A stretch of DNA of 64,000 bases from Parcubacteria group bacterium Gr01-1014_3 (GCA_007376445.1 VMGF01000003.1:31024-95023), one strand, 5' to 3'; positions 29,103 to 39,468 are shown, counted from the stretch's first letter. Notes: a model not told the origin generated them from the letters alone. A program made the numbers and translations.

Positions 29103-29651
29103 CTATTTCCTAACCACTACCGGTTTCACTTTGGTTAAATCCACGATCTTGGAACCCTTGGTCTTACGGTTAATACCGGCAAAAATGACCGCGTCAATTA
29201 AGTTGGCCTTTTCGCCGAAAACTTCCTTGTAGGTACGAGGATCACTGATCGGTTTCTGGCCGGCGATATTCGCGCTGGTAGCCACGATCGGTTTATCGAA
29301 ATGCTGGAATAACTTTTTAATTTTAGCATTCTTGGAAATGCGGAAAGCCGCGGATTTCTTTTGGGTAACCAGCGGGGAAAGATTCTTAGCTTTGAAAATA
29401 AAGTTGGTCGGCACCTTCGCGGACTTCACGATCTTCTTCGGCTTATCGGTCACGATCGCGTAGTCCATGAGCATGTTGATATCTTTGACCAGAAGCGGGA
29501 AAGACTTGCCGATCGGGCGATTTTTAATGCGATAAACCTTCAAAACTGCCACTGGATTGGTGGCATCACAAAATAGGCCATAAACGGTCTCGGTTGGGTG
29601 AATAACTACCCCTCCGGCGTTCAAAATTTGAGCAATTTTAGAGGCATCCAT
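29103..29651 (-). CDS. tsaC: Threonylcarbamoyl-AMP synthase
   Basis: PTETVYGL, K.RP, TSAN. Confidence 0.92.
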   Translation of the reverse strand: MDASKIAQILNAGGVVIHPTETVYGLFCDATNPVAVLKVYRIKNRPIGKSFPLLVKDINMLMDYAIVTDKPKKIVKSAKVPTNFIFKAKNLSPLVTQKKSAAFRISKNAKIKKLFQHFDKPIVATSANIAGQKPISDPRTYKEVFGEKANLIDAVIFAGINRKTKGSKIVDLTKVKPVVVRK

Positions 29652-29705
29652 AGTATTCGCATATTATACTAAAAAACCGCCCCTTTGTAAAGGGACGGTT
29701 AAATA

Positions 29706-30242
29706 TTAATCAAGCATCTTAGCAGTAACCAAATTATAGAGAGCGTGGGCAAAAGTCGTGATGACCAACGCTCGCAGCTGGAAAATCCGGCTACGGTAGC
29801 TGTCCACCGAGCAAGCTTTGATAAAGAACAAGCAGAGAATAAATCCGCCACAACCCTGGAGAAGAATATTGTAGGTATGTCCATGCCCGAGGCCGAACGC
29901 GACCGAGGCAATCGCGGACATCAACAGCAGAACCGGAATATAAATCTTTTTCCAGAAAAAGATTAACGGACCAAGAGGTAGCAGACGGAATGACAATTCT
30001 TCTTTGAAAGCGGAGGTGACTAGATCTATGATGCCAAAACCGTGGCCTTGAATTTTCGCGAACACACCGGCATAGTCCAGCATAGCCAAGGCCAGGAAGG
30101 ACCATCCAGATATTGCCAGCCAGGCGTTTATCGACAAAAAGAAGCTGGCCTCAAAATTTGCCGGCTCAGTACGCAACCAATGTTTCAGCAAAAACCAACA
30201 CTAGCCAACATATCGCTGTGCGTTCCGAATGTATCGGCCCAC
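29706..30242 (-). pseudogene. CPBP/PrsW-like intramembrane glutamic protease with in-frame TAG at codon 14
   Basis: EELSFR, FGLGH, HALYN; SD GAGGT before GTG 30242; TAG 30201-30203; possible restart TTG 30191. Confidence 0.6.
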
Positions 30243-30292
30243 GACTCACCTCTCTTTTTAAAGTACTAAATAATTATAACCAATTTATCCGG

Positions 30293-30364
30293 TGGTCTCA
30301 ACGGGAATCGAACCCGTGTTTTTGCCGTGAGAGGGCAACGTCCTAGCCGCTAGACGATAAGACC
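30293..30364 (-). tRNA. tRNA-Glu(CTC)
   Basis: GGTCTTA/TGAGACC acceptor, TTGCC-CTCTCAC-GGCAA. Confidence 0.92.
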
Positions 30365-30381
30365 ATTACTCGCGTATTATA

Positions 30382-31614
30382 CTAAATTTGCTGGATTTCT
30401 TCAACGATCTTATCCAGCTGAATTCCGTGGGAAGCTTTAACCAAAACCATATCCCCTTTCTTGATCAACTGCTGAACAGCGAGCTTAGCTTCATCGGCTG
30501 TTTCATACATATGAATACTCTTCTTTGGAAGTCCGGCTTTATGAGCGGCTTCGGCAATAAACTTTGCCCTAGCTCCAACCGTCACTAAAATATCAAAAAC
30601 TTTCGCCGACAACCGGCCGATCATCTCGTGCGCTTCGATGGTGTATTTACCAATTTCCAACATATCTCCCAGCACACCGATCCTGCGCGTGGCCCGGAGA
30701 GATTTCGCTGTTTCAATCGCCGCGCGCATGGAAAGGGGCGAGGCGTTATAGGTGTCGTCAATTACATATGAACCCTTCACGCCCGGGATCATCTTCATCC
30801 GATGCGCTGGCGCTTGATAGTAGCTCAAAGCTTCGGCTACCCGCACCAGATTCATTCCGAAAGACAGGCCGACTGCCGCCGCGGCGGCGGCGGCATAACC
30901 CTGGGTTTTGCCAAAAACACCCTCCATCCGGACCGGCACAAAGTTGCTTCCATGCTCAAGCTTGAAGGTGATGCCGAGCGGTCGGCGATTCTCGCTGCGA
31001 TTTTCAAAGTTAGTAATCCGTACCTGCGCCCCGTCGCCATATCCATAAGTCACCACATTAGCGCGAGTCCGGTCTTTCATATCAAAAACCGCCTCATCGT
31101 CATAATTCAAAACAGCGAATCCAATCGTCGGCAAAGTTTCCACTAAACGAGACTTCTCCCGAGCCACCGCGTCCGGACCGCTGTAATACTCCACGTGCGT
31201 CGGAATATCTCCTATGGCCGTCACCACGCTAATCTGTGGTTTTACGATCTCCAATAAATACTTAATATCCCCCGGCCGGTCGGCGGCGTACTCCAAGATC
31301 AATATCTCCGGATAGGTACCGGAAAACATCAGCCGTAAAAATGACCGGCAGATCACCTTGATCCAAAAAATAAGACCACCAGTCTGATCCCAATCACCCA
31401 AAACCGTGAGCGGAAGCCCGATCTCATTATTGAAATTACCACTGGAAGCCCGCACCCGGCGGATACTTCGCATCACCGCCAATATCGCCTCTTTAGTGGA
31501 GGTCTTGCCAACGCTTCCGGTTATGCCAATCACGCCCGGCTGATATTTCTTCACCGTCCAGATCGCTAGAGTACGCAATATCCATTTTAAAAATTTTAAT
31601 TTAAGCGCTTTCAT
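30382..31614 (-). CDS. murF: UDP-MurNAc-tripeptide D-Ala-D-Ala ligase
   Basis: GSVGKTSTKE, NNEIGLP, DDTYNASP, GDMLEIG. Confidence 0.93.
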   Translation of the reverse strand: MKALKLKFLKWILRTLAIWTVKKYQPGVIGITGSVGKTSTKEAILAVMRSIRRVRASSGNFNNEIGLPLTVLGDWDQTGGLIFWIKVICRSFLRLMFSGTYPEILILEYAADRPGDIKYLLEIVKPQISVVTAIGDIPTHVEYYSGPDAVAREKSRLVETLPTIGFAVLNYDDEAVFDMKDRTRANVVTYGYGDGAQVRITNFENRSENRRPLGITFKLEHGSNFVPVRMEGVFGKTQGYAAAAAAAVGLSFGMNLVRVAEALSYYQAPAHRMKMIPGVKGSYVIDDTYNASPLSMRAAIETAKSLRATRRIGVLGDMLEIGKYTIEAHEMIGRLSAKVFDILVTVGARAKFIAEAAHKAGLPKKSIHMYETADEAKLAVQQLIKKGDMVLVKASHGIQLDKIVEEIQQI

Positions 31615-31617
31615 ATT

Positions 31618-33201
31618 TTATTGGGCAATCGGAACATCCGGCGGAATATTGTAATAGTTTAAAATAAACTGGGCCAATTCACGAAACGCGGGAACTACGG
31701 TCGCGCCGGCTAATCTAGCCTGCGGCTTATCAACTTTGATCAGCACGGTGAATTTCGGATCAGTAGCAGGGGCAAAACCGACATATGTGTGTATAAAATT
31801 ATCGCCATAACCGCCTTTTATCAAATCTGCGACCTGAGCAGTTCCGGTTTTCCCGGCTATTCGATAATTTGGAATGTGCGCGATCTCCGCTTTGTCCACC
31901 GCCGAGATCATCATATTTGTCACCTGATGGGCAGTCTCCGCGCTGATAACATTCTCCATGGCTAGCGGCATTTCATCCTGGTTCAGATATGGCCGCATCC
32001 GGATACCATCGTTAGCGATCGCGGAGATCGCGGAGATAAGCTGGATCGGAGTCACGGCCACGCCCTGACCGAAAGAAGCGGTAGCGAAGTTAATGTCCCG
32101 AGAACTAGTTTTTAAGTTCCTTAAATTACCAGAAATTTCACCTGGCAGTTTAATGCCAGTCGGCTCGTCAAGGCCGAATTTCAAAAGATAATTATAAAAA
32201 ATATCATGGCCCGTCGTCCGTTCCGCGAAGGCCGCGCCGGTGTTCACGGATTCTTCGATAACACCCGTCATCGTAAGCTTACCGTGAGCCTTCAAATCCC
32301 AGTTCCTGATAGTTTTTCCGTTTACGATCAACGAGCCGGAATCATAAAAGGTTGTGTCCGGAGTGATCTTGCCGCTATCAATACCCGCCGACATCGTGAT
32401 CACCTTGAAGACCGAGCCAGGCTCGTACAGGCTCTGAATATTCGGATTTAAAAAGGTTTTAATATTTGATTTGGAATAGTTATTCGGATCAAAATTCGGG
32501 TAGCTCCCCATCGCTAAGATCTTACCGGTGCGTGGATCTTGCACGATCACGCTTCCGCTCGGCGCGTTGAATTTTTTGATAGTATCCTCCAGAACTTTTT
32601 CCGCCTGCGATTGGATATTGCGATCGATGGTTAAGTGAATATCGTCATCTTGCAACTTCTGATTGTAGTAAGACTCCAAGCCATAGCGGCCGCCAATGCC
32701 GTCATTTTTGTCACTAGATCCCACGAATCCCAAAAGCTGGGCGGCTAAATTTTCAAAAGGATAAAAGCGGAACATCTCGGACTCGATATGGATTCCTCGA
32801 ATGCCCAATTCCTTAATTTTCTCAACCTGGGTATCGGTGGCCTTAGCTTCTAATAGCGCGTATTGGCTATTGGGTTTAGATAAAATGGTTTGTAACTTTC
32901 CAACTTCAATCCCTAAAACTGGAGACAGCGCGGTGGCGGCTTCGGCCGCGTCATCAATTTCTATTGGCACGCCGTAGATCACCGGATATTCCTTGTTGAG
33001 GGCCACTGGAATCTCGTTGCCATTGCGATCAGTAAAATAAATTCCCCGGCGTTCGGGGTTCAGTATGCTGCCCAAGTTTCCCCGGGCCGCGGCTTTTGCT
33101 AAATAGTATCCGGTCTTATCGATCTGAAGATCATACATATTAAAAGCCAGCGCGGAATAGCTGACGATGATCAGGCCGATAATTATCCAGTACCTAAACA
33201 T
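31618..33201 (-). CDS. ftsI: Class B penicillin-binding protein
   Basis: EPGSVFK, SVN, GKTGTAQ; dcw position. Confidence 0.9.
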   Translation of the reverse strand: MFRYWIIIGLIIVSYSALAFNMYDLQIDKTGYYLAKAAARGNLGSILNPERRGIYFTDRNGNEIPVALNKEYPVIYGVPIEIDDAAEAATALSPVLGIEVGKLQTILSKPNSQYALLEAKATDTQVEKIKELGIRGIHIESEMFRFYPFENLAAQLLGFVGSSDKNDGIGGRYGLESYYNQKLQDDDIHLTIDRNIQSQAEKVLEDTIKKFNAPSGSVIVQDPRTGKILAMGSYPNFDPNNYSKSNIKTFLNPNIQSLYEPGSVFKVITMSAGIDSGKITPDTTFYDSGSLIVNGKTIRNWDLKAHGKLTMTGVIEESVNTGAAFAERTTGHDIFYNYLLKFGLDEPTGIKLPGEISGNLRNLKTSSRDINFATASFGQGVAVTPIQLISAISAIANDGIRMRPYLNQDEMPLAMENVISAETAHQVTNMMISAVDKAEIAHIPNYRIAGKTGTAQVADLIKGGYGDNFIHTYVGFAPATDPKFTVLIKVDKPQARLAGATVVPAFRELAQFILNYYNIPPDVPIAQ

Positions 33202-33491
33202 TAATTTCTGGCTAGATAATCTGGTCGACGTTCTTTAACCAATCCCAGCTTGCTAACTAAAAGGTCCGCGTCCTCAAGGTCTAGCAGGCTGTAAACCTGA
33301 TTTTTGAGCGACGCGTTCTTAGTCCGAATTTCTTCCACCGCCTCCTGCTGTTTAGCGATCAAATGATCCAAGCTCACGCTCTGGCTATAAGCAATGATGC
33401 TAAATACCGCTTCAGCGAGGAAAAGGACGGCGAAAAAGGCCGCAAAGAGATTGATCCTGAATTTTTGTTTATTTGGTTCGATGAATGTCAT
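33201..33491 (-). CDS. FtsL-like protein
   Basis: TM plus coiled coil between rsmH and ftsI. Confidence 0.7.
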   Translation of the reverse strand: MTFIEPNKQKFRINLFAAFFAVLFLAEAVFSIIAYSQSVSLDHLIAKQQEAVEEIRTKNASLKNQVYSLLDLEDADLLVSKLGLVKERRPDYLARN

Positions 33492-33492
33492 T

Positions 33493-34383
33493 TTAGATAA
33501 GCTGTGCCGCCCGTAACTTAGCCGAGCGCGACCTTGGGTTGGTCATAATTTCTGGGTTGGTGGCAATAATGGGTTTTTTTGTCAGGGTTTTCAGTTTCCC
33601 GGATTTTTCGAGGTCACGGAAAGAGTTTTTAACGATCCGGTCTTCCAGGGAATGGAAAGAGATAATGGCGACCCGGGCGCCTGGCTTCAGGATTGTTTCC
33701 AGATTATTTAAAGCTTGCTGTAGATTCTCTAATTCCCGGTTGGCGTAGATGCGGAGCGCCTGGAATGTCCTGGTGGCCGGATGAATACGCCCGCGTTCGT
33801 AGTTTTCCGGAACTGCCGCCTTAACTATTTCGGCCAGCTGCTTGGTAGTCTCGATAGATTTCTTTCTGCCCGCCGCTTTAATGGCCTTGGCAATCTTTGG
33901 CGCGTAACTCTCTTCGCCAAACTCGCTGATGATTTTCGTAAGCTCGGCCTCGGAAAGTTCTTTTAAAATTTCTTGGACTGATTTTGAAGTGGCGCTATAA
34001 GTCATGATCAGCGGCTCGTCGGACTGGAAGCTGAATCCCCTGCCTCCGCCGATCTGTTCGGAAGAAAATCCCAGATCCAAAATCAACCCATCGGCTTTGT
34101 GTAATTTTTTACTTTCCAAAATCGCCGGAAGGTCGGCGTAATTCTCGCCGGTCTTTTCCCAGTCTATTCCCAATACATGCCCGGTGAGACCAACTTTTTC
34201 CCGCAGTGCCGCGGTGTGGCCCTCAGCTCCGGCTGTGCCGTCAATAAAAAATTCTCCCGGCTTCGGATCCAGAACTTTAATAACCTCGTCGAGCAGAACT
34301 GGAACATGTTTAGAATTAGGAATCATGAATAAGGAATTATGGTTGATTAGTTTTATTTGTTTGGGGTGATTTTGAAAATTCAT
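33493..34383 (-). CDS. rsmH: 16S rRNA m4C1402 methyltransferase (start uncertain)
   Basis: HVPVLL, DLGFSS, TRTFQALRI, NPRSRSAKLR. Confidence 0.95.
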   Translation of the reverse strand: MNFQNHPKQIKLINHNSLFMIPNSKHVPVLLDEVIKVLDPKPGEFFIDGTAGAEGHTAALREKVGLTGHVLGIDWEKTGENYADLPAILESKKLHKADGLILDLGFSSEQIGGGRGFSFQSDEPLIMTYSATSKSVQEILKELSEAELTKIISEFGEESYAPKIAKAIKAAGRKKSIETTKQLAEIVKAAVPENYERGRIHPATRTFQALRIYANRELENLQQALNNLETILKPGARVAIISFHSLEDRIVKNSFRDLEKSGKLKTLTKKPIIATNPEIMTNPRSRSAKLRAAQLI

Positions 34384-34394
34384 AATTCTTGATT

Positions 34395-34826
34395 CTAAAT
34401 TCCTAATTCTCCGAGCTTCTCAGCGATATCGTCGGATGAAGCTTCGGTTTTTGATTTGTAAGATTTCCAACTTGCCTCATCCCAGATTTCGATTCGGTCA
34501 TACAGACCCGCGAAGATTGCCTGTTTTTTTAAAGACGCGTAGTTTCTCAAGTATTCTGGAATTAAAATTCTTCCCTGATTATCAAACTCAACTTCGCTCG
34601 CGCCCGCGAGCATCAAACGAGCGAATGCCCGAGAATCGGATTTCATAAAAGACATGCCGGCAATTTTGGCGGTTAATTTTTCCCAGCTTTCTTTTGTAAA
34701 TACAAACAAGCAGTGATCCAATCCGCGCGCGATAATTGCTCCATCGCCAAGCTGCGGCCGAAATTTAGCCGGTAAAGCTACGCGTCCTTTATTGTCTAAA
34801 CTATGTGTATATTCGCCGATGAACAT
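34395..34826 (-). CDS. mraZ: Transcriptional regulator MraZ
   Basis: DNKGRVALP, DNQGRILIP. Confidence 0.95.
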   Translation of the reverse strand: MFIGEYTHSLDNKGRVALPAKFRPQLGDGAIIARGLDHCLFVFTKESWEKLTAKIAGMSFMKSDSRAFARLMLAGASEVEFDNQGRILIPEYLRNYASLKKQAIFAGLYDRIEIWDEASWKSYKSKTEASSDDIAEKLGELGI

Positions 34827-34872
34827 TTGAGCTTATTATTTTAAAAGTTATCCCCAGAAACGGCTGTTATCC

Positions 34873-34916
34873 CCACCTTTATCCACCTTTCACCACTTAA
34901 CATCAATATACCCCAC
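34873..34916 (-). promoter_or_regulatory. Probable MraZ binding repeats
   Basis: GTGG (minus strand) at 34873, 34883, 34893, 34913: 10-bp phase. Confidence 0.7.
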
Positions 34917-34942
34917 TCCTCCTCTTAAGGTAAAGCTGAAGT

Positions 34943-34951
34943 TGTGGATAA
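34943..34951 (-). promoter_or_regulatory. Perfect DnaA box TTATCCACA
   Basis: tgtggataa on +; 1-mismatch boxes at about 34848, 34867, 34879. Confidence 0.45.
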
Positions 34952-35033
34952 TTCCCCACACTTAAAATAGGCTTAAATTTAGCGGGTTGACCGCTTTAAA
35001 TTAGCCGTGTAAATTGCTTATAAGTTCGATCGG

Positions 35034-35105
35034 GGGCATTTAGCTCAGTGGTAGAGCGTTCCGTTCACATCGGAAAGGTCACAGGTTCGATCCCTGTAAT
35101 GCCCA
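35034..35105 (+). tRNA. tRNA-Val(CAC)
   Basis: GGGCATT/AATGCCC acceptor, TTCCG-TTCACAT-CGGAA. Confidence 0.93.
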
Positions 35106-35146
35106 CAAAAAATAAAAAAACCACCCCGCTTAGGGTGGTGTGAGTT

Positions 35147-35344
35147 TTAGCCAGCGATTCTCGCCCGGCACAATGAACATCTCTTGCTATGATTGTAAGA
35201 GCTAAGTGGCGCCTTGCAGCGCTTGCACAATCTCTTTTTCTTGCTGGCTATCGGTATTCTGTGTGAATGGCAAGATCTTTCAACTGTCTTCACGGCCAAT
35301 GGTCCGGAAGTGCAACGATCCTGAAGCCTCAAATCCTCCGGCAT
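35147..35344 (-). CDS. Small Cys-rich (zinc-finger-like) protein
   Basis: CKRC..LSSYN..CSLC; GGAGG SD; TTGACT-17-TATAAT. Confidence 0.65.
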   Translation of the reverse strand: MPEDLRLQDRCTSGPLAVKTVERSCHSHRIPIASKKKRLCKRCKAPLSSYNHSKRCSLCRARIAG

Positions 35345-35493
35345 AAAAGAGTTCCTCCAAATAACTAAAAAACATTATAATCAAAAACCGCCCATAAGTC
35401 AATACGGGCGGTTTTTGATTACCTATAGCGCTTATTGCCACCGCCGTTGGCGGGACAATGATTTTCTACCGGCTCATACCTCGCCGAGAAAAT

Positions 35494-35868
35494 CTATTGC
35501 AACTCGGCTACGGCGCCAGCGGCTTCCAACTTCTTCTTCATCTCTTCGGCCTCTTCTTTCTTGAGACCTTCTTTCACAACTTTCGGAGCGCCATCGACTA
35601 GATCCTTGGCTTCTTTCAAACCAAGACCGGTGGCTTCACGAATAGCTTTGATGACTTGGATCTTCTGACCACCACCTTCTTTCAACATTACCTTCCAAGC
35701 GGTTTTTTCTTCCGCTTCACCGGCGCCAGCAGCGCCACCACCAGCGGCCATCGGCATCGCGGCGGAAACACCAAACTTGGTTTCCATCGCTTTGACCAAC
35801 TCGGCGAGTTCGGTAACAGTAGAATCACCGATTTCTTTCATTATTCTGTCCATTTTTTCTGTATTCAT
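35494..35868 (-). CDS. rplL: 50S ribosomal protein bL12
   Basis: [26 protein letters not shown]. Confidence 0.97.
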   Translation of the reverse strand: MNTEKMDRIMKEIGDSTVTELAELVKAMETKFGVSAAMPMAAGGGAAGAGEAEEKTAWKVMLKEGGGQKIQVIKAIREATGLGLKEAKDLVDGAPKVVKEGLKKEEAEEMKKKLEAAGAVAELQ

Positions 35869-35951
35869 TGTTTTGTAATTTTCAATTTTTAATTTTAAAT
35901 TTTGATTTAATTTAAAATTTATAATTTGAAATTTTAAAATTATTATTATTA

Positions 35952-36494
35952 TTATGTAACGACCTTTTCTTCCATAACAACCGGCGTCGAACCAGCTGTT
36001 TTTTTGGATAGCTCACTCAAAACGTACATGAACGCGCGGATCGGACCGGACATAACTCCAACCAGCATCGCCAATAAGACTTCGCGGGACGGTAATTTCG
36101 CGAGGACGGTGAATTCTTCGACGGGCATATAGGCTTTTTTAGCCAGATCATACGCGCCAAGAACTTTGAAGTTCTTCTTTCTCTTCGCCAACTCCTTTGC
36201 AAACTTATAGATCGGAGCGGCTACAGAAGAGATATCGCCTTTTACGAAAACCGTGCCGACTTGAGCGTCAAATTGTGACAGATCAAAGTCGTATCCAGCC
36301 TGCTTCATCGATAAATTCAACAAGCGCTTCTTAAACACCTTGAACGCCGCGCCAGTCTTGCGAAGATCGCTCTTCAACTGGTTAACGTCTTTGGTGGGAA
36401 CGCCCGTGAAATCGGCAAAAATCAAGCTTTCGCTCTCTTTGATCTTTTTCGCGCCAAGATCGATCTGATCCTTTTTTTCTGCTTTAGTTAACAT
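35952..36494 (-). CDS. rplJ: 50S ribosomal protein uL10
   Basis: [12 protein letters not shown]; upstream of rplL. Confidence 0.93.
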   Translation of the reverse strand: MLTKAEKKDQIDLGAKKIKESESLIFADFTGVPTKDVNQLKSDLRKTGAAFKVFKKRLLNLSMKQAGYDFDLSQFDAQVGTVFVKGDISSVAAPIYKFAKELAKRKKNFKVLGAYDLAKKAYMPVEEFTVLAKLPSREVLLAMLVGVMSGPIRAFMYVLSELSKKTAGSTPVVMEEKVVT

Positions 36495-36504
36495 TTTGGT
36501 CTTT

Positions 36505-36596
36505 AAATAAAAATTGCGACCTTTAGGTCGCAAACGGAGCTATTCCTCGAGAGGATTTATCGCTTTCGCGAACCTCTTGTCTACGGACCTTGGCGT
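36505..36596 (-). promoter_or_regulatory. L10 leader RNA
   Basis: CCGTAGACAAGAGG-(CGC GAAA GCG)-TAAATCCTCTCGAGG 5' of rplJ. Confidence 0.75.
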
Positions 36597-36644
36597 TCAT
36601 TATATAAAAAATACCCGACTTATGTCAAGTCGGGTATTGAGTTT

Positions 36645-37283
36645 TTAGGTAAGGTTATTCCGAACACCGTTATGTACGATGTCCCAAAGCTTCTTAGATT
36701 CTTCTGGCGTGATCTTCTTCTCGCCGAGAAGTTCGATGATCCGCCGGTAAAGCTGGTCCGCCTGTTCCGGCGAAATCGCTTCAAAACTCCGGATGCTGTC
36801 GAACATGGTCAGAAAGTCGCTGGTGCCGTCGTCCTGCTTCTCTGCCTCATCCGTCTTGGACTTGGCAGGCGCGGTCTTCTTACGACCGAGTTCGTAGAAG
36901 AGGCTCAAGAGATTGGTGCTAAGTAAACCAATCAAAATGTAGTGGGATATCGGTGTATTAAAAAGCGTAAACCAATAACGATCTTCTACCGAGATACTCT
37001 CTCTGTTTGCGCTCACGCATCCCAGCAAGAAAAATATGGCATGGATAGCGACTACTAAACCGCTAAAGACGACACCCGCGCATTGAGGATTGCTCGCATT
37101 GCCTCCTTCGCTCTCACACAACCTTTCAACGGTCGATGGAATAGCGATTAGCCAGGCGGGTAAATAAAGCATTGTCCAACCGACAGCCTTGGCGATACCG
37201 ACAACACAAAGCAGTAAGCCAACGAAGCAACGTCCAATACCCTTTCCAACCGCAACCGGTAGGCTCATCAGCGCGAGCAACAT
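36645..37283 (-). CDS. Hypothetical membrane protein
   Basis: CAGGAGGT SD; TM segments. Confidence 0.7.
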   Translation of the reverse strand: MLLALMSLPVAVGKGIGRCFVGLLLCVVGIAKAVGWTMLYLPAWLIAIPSTVERLCESEGGNASNPQCAGVVFSGLVVAIHAIFFLLGCVSANRESISVEDRYWFTLFNTPISHYILIGLLSTNLLSLFYELGRKKTAPAKSKTDEAEKQDDGTSDFLTMFDSIRSFEAISPEQADQLYRRIIELLGEKKITPEESKKLWDIVHNGVRNNLT

Positions 37284-37350
37284 AAAAACCTCCTGTGAAA
37301 AAACTGAGAAGATATTAACAAAAAATCACCGCCAGGTCAAGTAATAAAAA

Positions 37351-37378
37351 TAGCCACTATCACATGTGATAGTGGCTA
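37351..37378. repeat. CCACTATCACATGTGATAGTGG palindrome, copy 1
   Basis: Supplies the sigma gene's last codons and stop. Confidence 0.9.
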
Positions 37379-38016
37379 TCGGCAAAATCTTTTAATTTTT
37401 CTACAGCCTTCAATTCGATCTGCCGTACACGCTCTCGGGTTATGTTCAGAATATCGCCAATCGACTGGAGGGTTTTCGGCGGTTCGCCCAACAAACCAAA
37501 TCGTAAAGATATAACCTGACGTTCGCGAGGCGGCAAACAGCTTAATAGCTTTTTTGCCTTTGATTTTGATAGATCTTCTTGCTCTTTGTCGATGACAATC
37601 CTTGCCGGATTTTGTTCGCGACTAAGAGCGTTTTGGTGATTCTCGTGCAAAATTACCCTGGACGGATGATTCGCGCGATTAATCGTAAGCCTGATCCACC
37701 AGTAAGCATAGCTTGTGAACTTTGTCTTACGGTTAAGATCGAATTTCTTAATTGCCTTATAAATTCCAAATACGCCATCTTGCGCGAGATCCATTAACTC
37801 TACATTCGGATGAATCAAGGTTCGCGTACCAGCAATATGGACAACGAGCGGCATCATCGCCCCAACGATTAGATTGATCGCTTCTTGACGACCATTCTTA
37901 GCCTCTACAAGCCAGATACGAATTTGCTTATCATCAACCGTCCGAAATTTTCGAAGGCCAGTCATATACTAGTGGAGCGGGTCAGGGAGGGCCCACTTTT
38001 TTCTTTTACTGATCAC
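37360..38016 (-). CDS. Short RpoD/SigA-like sigma-70 factor with in-frame TAG in region 1.2 (restart ATG 37965)
   Basis: DLAQDG..KAIKKFD..KFTSYAYWWIR; ITRERVRQIE; AAGGAG-GTG 38016 reads MISKRKKWALPDPLH*YM. Confidence 0.85.
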
Positions 38017-38076
38017 GGACAACTCCTTAAATCAAACAACTGCCCAGATTCTACGATTTTTAAGTCCCTGCGTCAA

Positions 38077-38739
38077 TTAACGGCCGCTTCTCCATTTATC
38101 AATATTTTTGTGGTGGCCAGTGATCAAAACTTTCGGCACACTCCAAACTTTAGTCTTAAGTTTCAAGTTTTTAGTTTTAAGTTTTGGAACAAAAACTTCC
38201 GGGCGAGTATAGGAAACATAAGATCCTTTAATATCTTCCAGAGATTCATATTTACCCAGCACGCCAGGAATATATCTGGAAACCGCCTCCGTCAAAACCA
38301 TCGCCGGTAGCTCTCCGCCAGCGAGCACAAAATCCCCGATCGAGATTTCTTCATCGGCCACATATTGCGCCACGCGCTCATCTACGCCCTCGTAGCGTCC
38401 GCAGATTAAAATTAACTGGTCGTATTTCGCTAGACGCTTAGCTACCGAAGAAGTTAGCTTTTCCCCTCGGGTAGAAAAAAGGATTGTCCGAACTTTTAAC
38501 TTTTTACTTTTAACTTTTAGTTTTTCGACTGCTTTAAAAATCGGTTCAACCTTAAGCACCATCCCCGGCCCCCCGCCATATGGCTTGTCATCAACCTTGC
38601 GGTGTTTGTCCATCGCGAAATCCCGCAAATTATGCGCAGTAATTTTAATCAGCCGCTTTTCTTGGGCGCGCTTTAAAATTGATTCGTTGAAATAAGAATC
38701 AAAGATTTTTGGGAATATAGTAATAATATCGAATTTCAT
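38077..38739 (-). CDS. trmD: tRNA (m1G37) methyltransferase
   Basis: [33 protein letters not shown]. Confidence 0.97.
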   Translation of the reverse strand: MKFDIITIFPKIFDSYFNESILKRAQEKRLIKITAHNLRDFAMDKHRKVDDKPYGGGPGMVLKVEPIFKAVEKLKVKSKKLKVRTILFSTRGEKLTSSVAKRLAKYDQLILICGRYEGVDERVAQYVADEEISIGDFVLAGGELPAMVLTEAVSRYIPGVLGKYESLEDIKGSYVSYTRPEVFVPKLKTKNLKLKTKVWSVPKVLITGHHKNIDKWRSGR

Positions 38740-38781
38740 ATATATTGATCGTAGTCTTTTAATTCTACAGGAGGTAGAGCT

Positions 38782-39411
38782 ATGGCGGAAGATTGCGCTT
38801 TCTGTGATCGCTCCAAGTTTGAAGAGCGGCTAATCTCGGAAACCGAACTTTTTTATGTCGTGGCCACACTTGGCCAAATCACTGAAGGCGGCTACGCTCT
38901 GATTATTCCGAAATATCACCTGCCCTGTATCGCCGATATGCACGACACTAAGGCTGGGCCTTTCTTGAATTTGGTTGATGAAGTTCGGCAAGCTATCGAA
39001 AAAGAATACGGCCAGGAAGTGTTGATCTTCGAGCATGGTATCGTTGGCCAATCAGTGAAGCACGCCCATCTCCATCTCTTACCCACCGGAAATATCGCTG
39101 ATAAAATTGCCACGACTGTTAGGCAAGATTTCGTCGCTGAAGTGGACTGCTTCCCCACAAATCATATGGACTCTTTGTGGGAAATGTATGAAAAAACTAA
39201 GGAACCCTATCTTTTTTGGATGGACGGTAGCGGCACGCCGTATATTTGCTGGGATCCACCGGCGCCGATGCAGTATCTGCGAACAGTGATCGCGAAACTG
39301 CTCGGGCGGCCTGAACGCGCAAATTGGCGCAACATGAGTCCGGAACTCGATCGTCAGCTCTGGTCCGACACCGTCAAGCGTCTTAAGCCTTACTTCAAGC
39401 CTCGCGCCTAG
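38782..39411 (+). CDS. HIT-like hydrolase (Cwf19/CwfJ-like)
   Basis: [25 protein letters not shown]. Confidence 0.8.
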   Translation: MAEDCAFCDRSKFEERLISETELFYVVATLGQITEGGYALIIPKYHLPCIADMHDTKAGPFLNLVDEVRQAIEKEYGQEVLIFEHGIVGQSVKHAHLHLLPTGNIADKIATTVRQDFVAEVDCFPTNHMDSLWEMYEKTKEPYLFWMDGSGTPYICWDPPAPMQYLRTVIAKLLGRPERANWRNMSPELDRQLWSDTVKRLKPYFKPRA

Positions 39412-39468
39412 CGAGGTTTTTTATTTCATAAACTAAAACCCCACGTTGAGGTGGGGTTTTTAAATTTT

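Noticed and set aside
34845-34960. Replication origin
   Set aside because: Only one perfect DnaA box, no dnaA/dnaN nearby and no switch in gene orientation.
29706-38016. Genome-wide TAG or TGA recoding
   Set aside because: Core genes end at expected positions with TAG, and none needs TGA readthrough.
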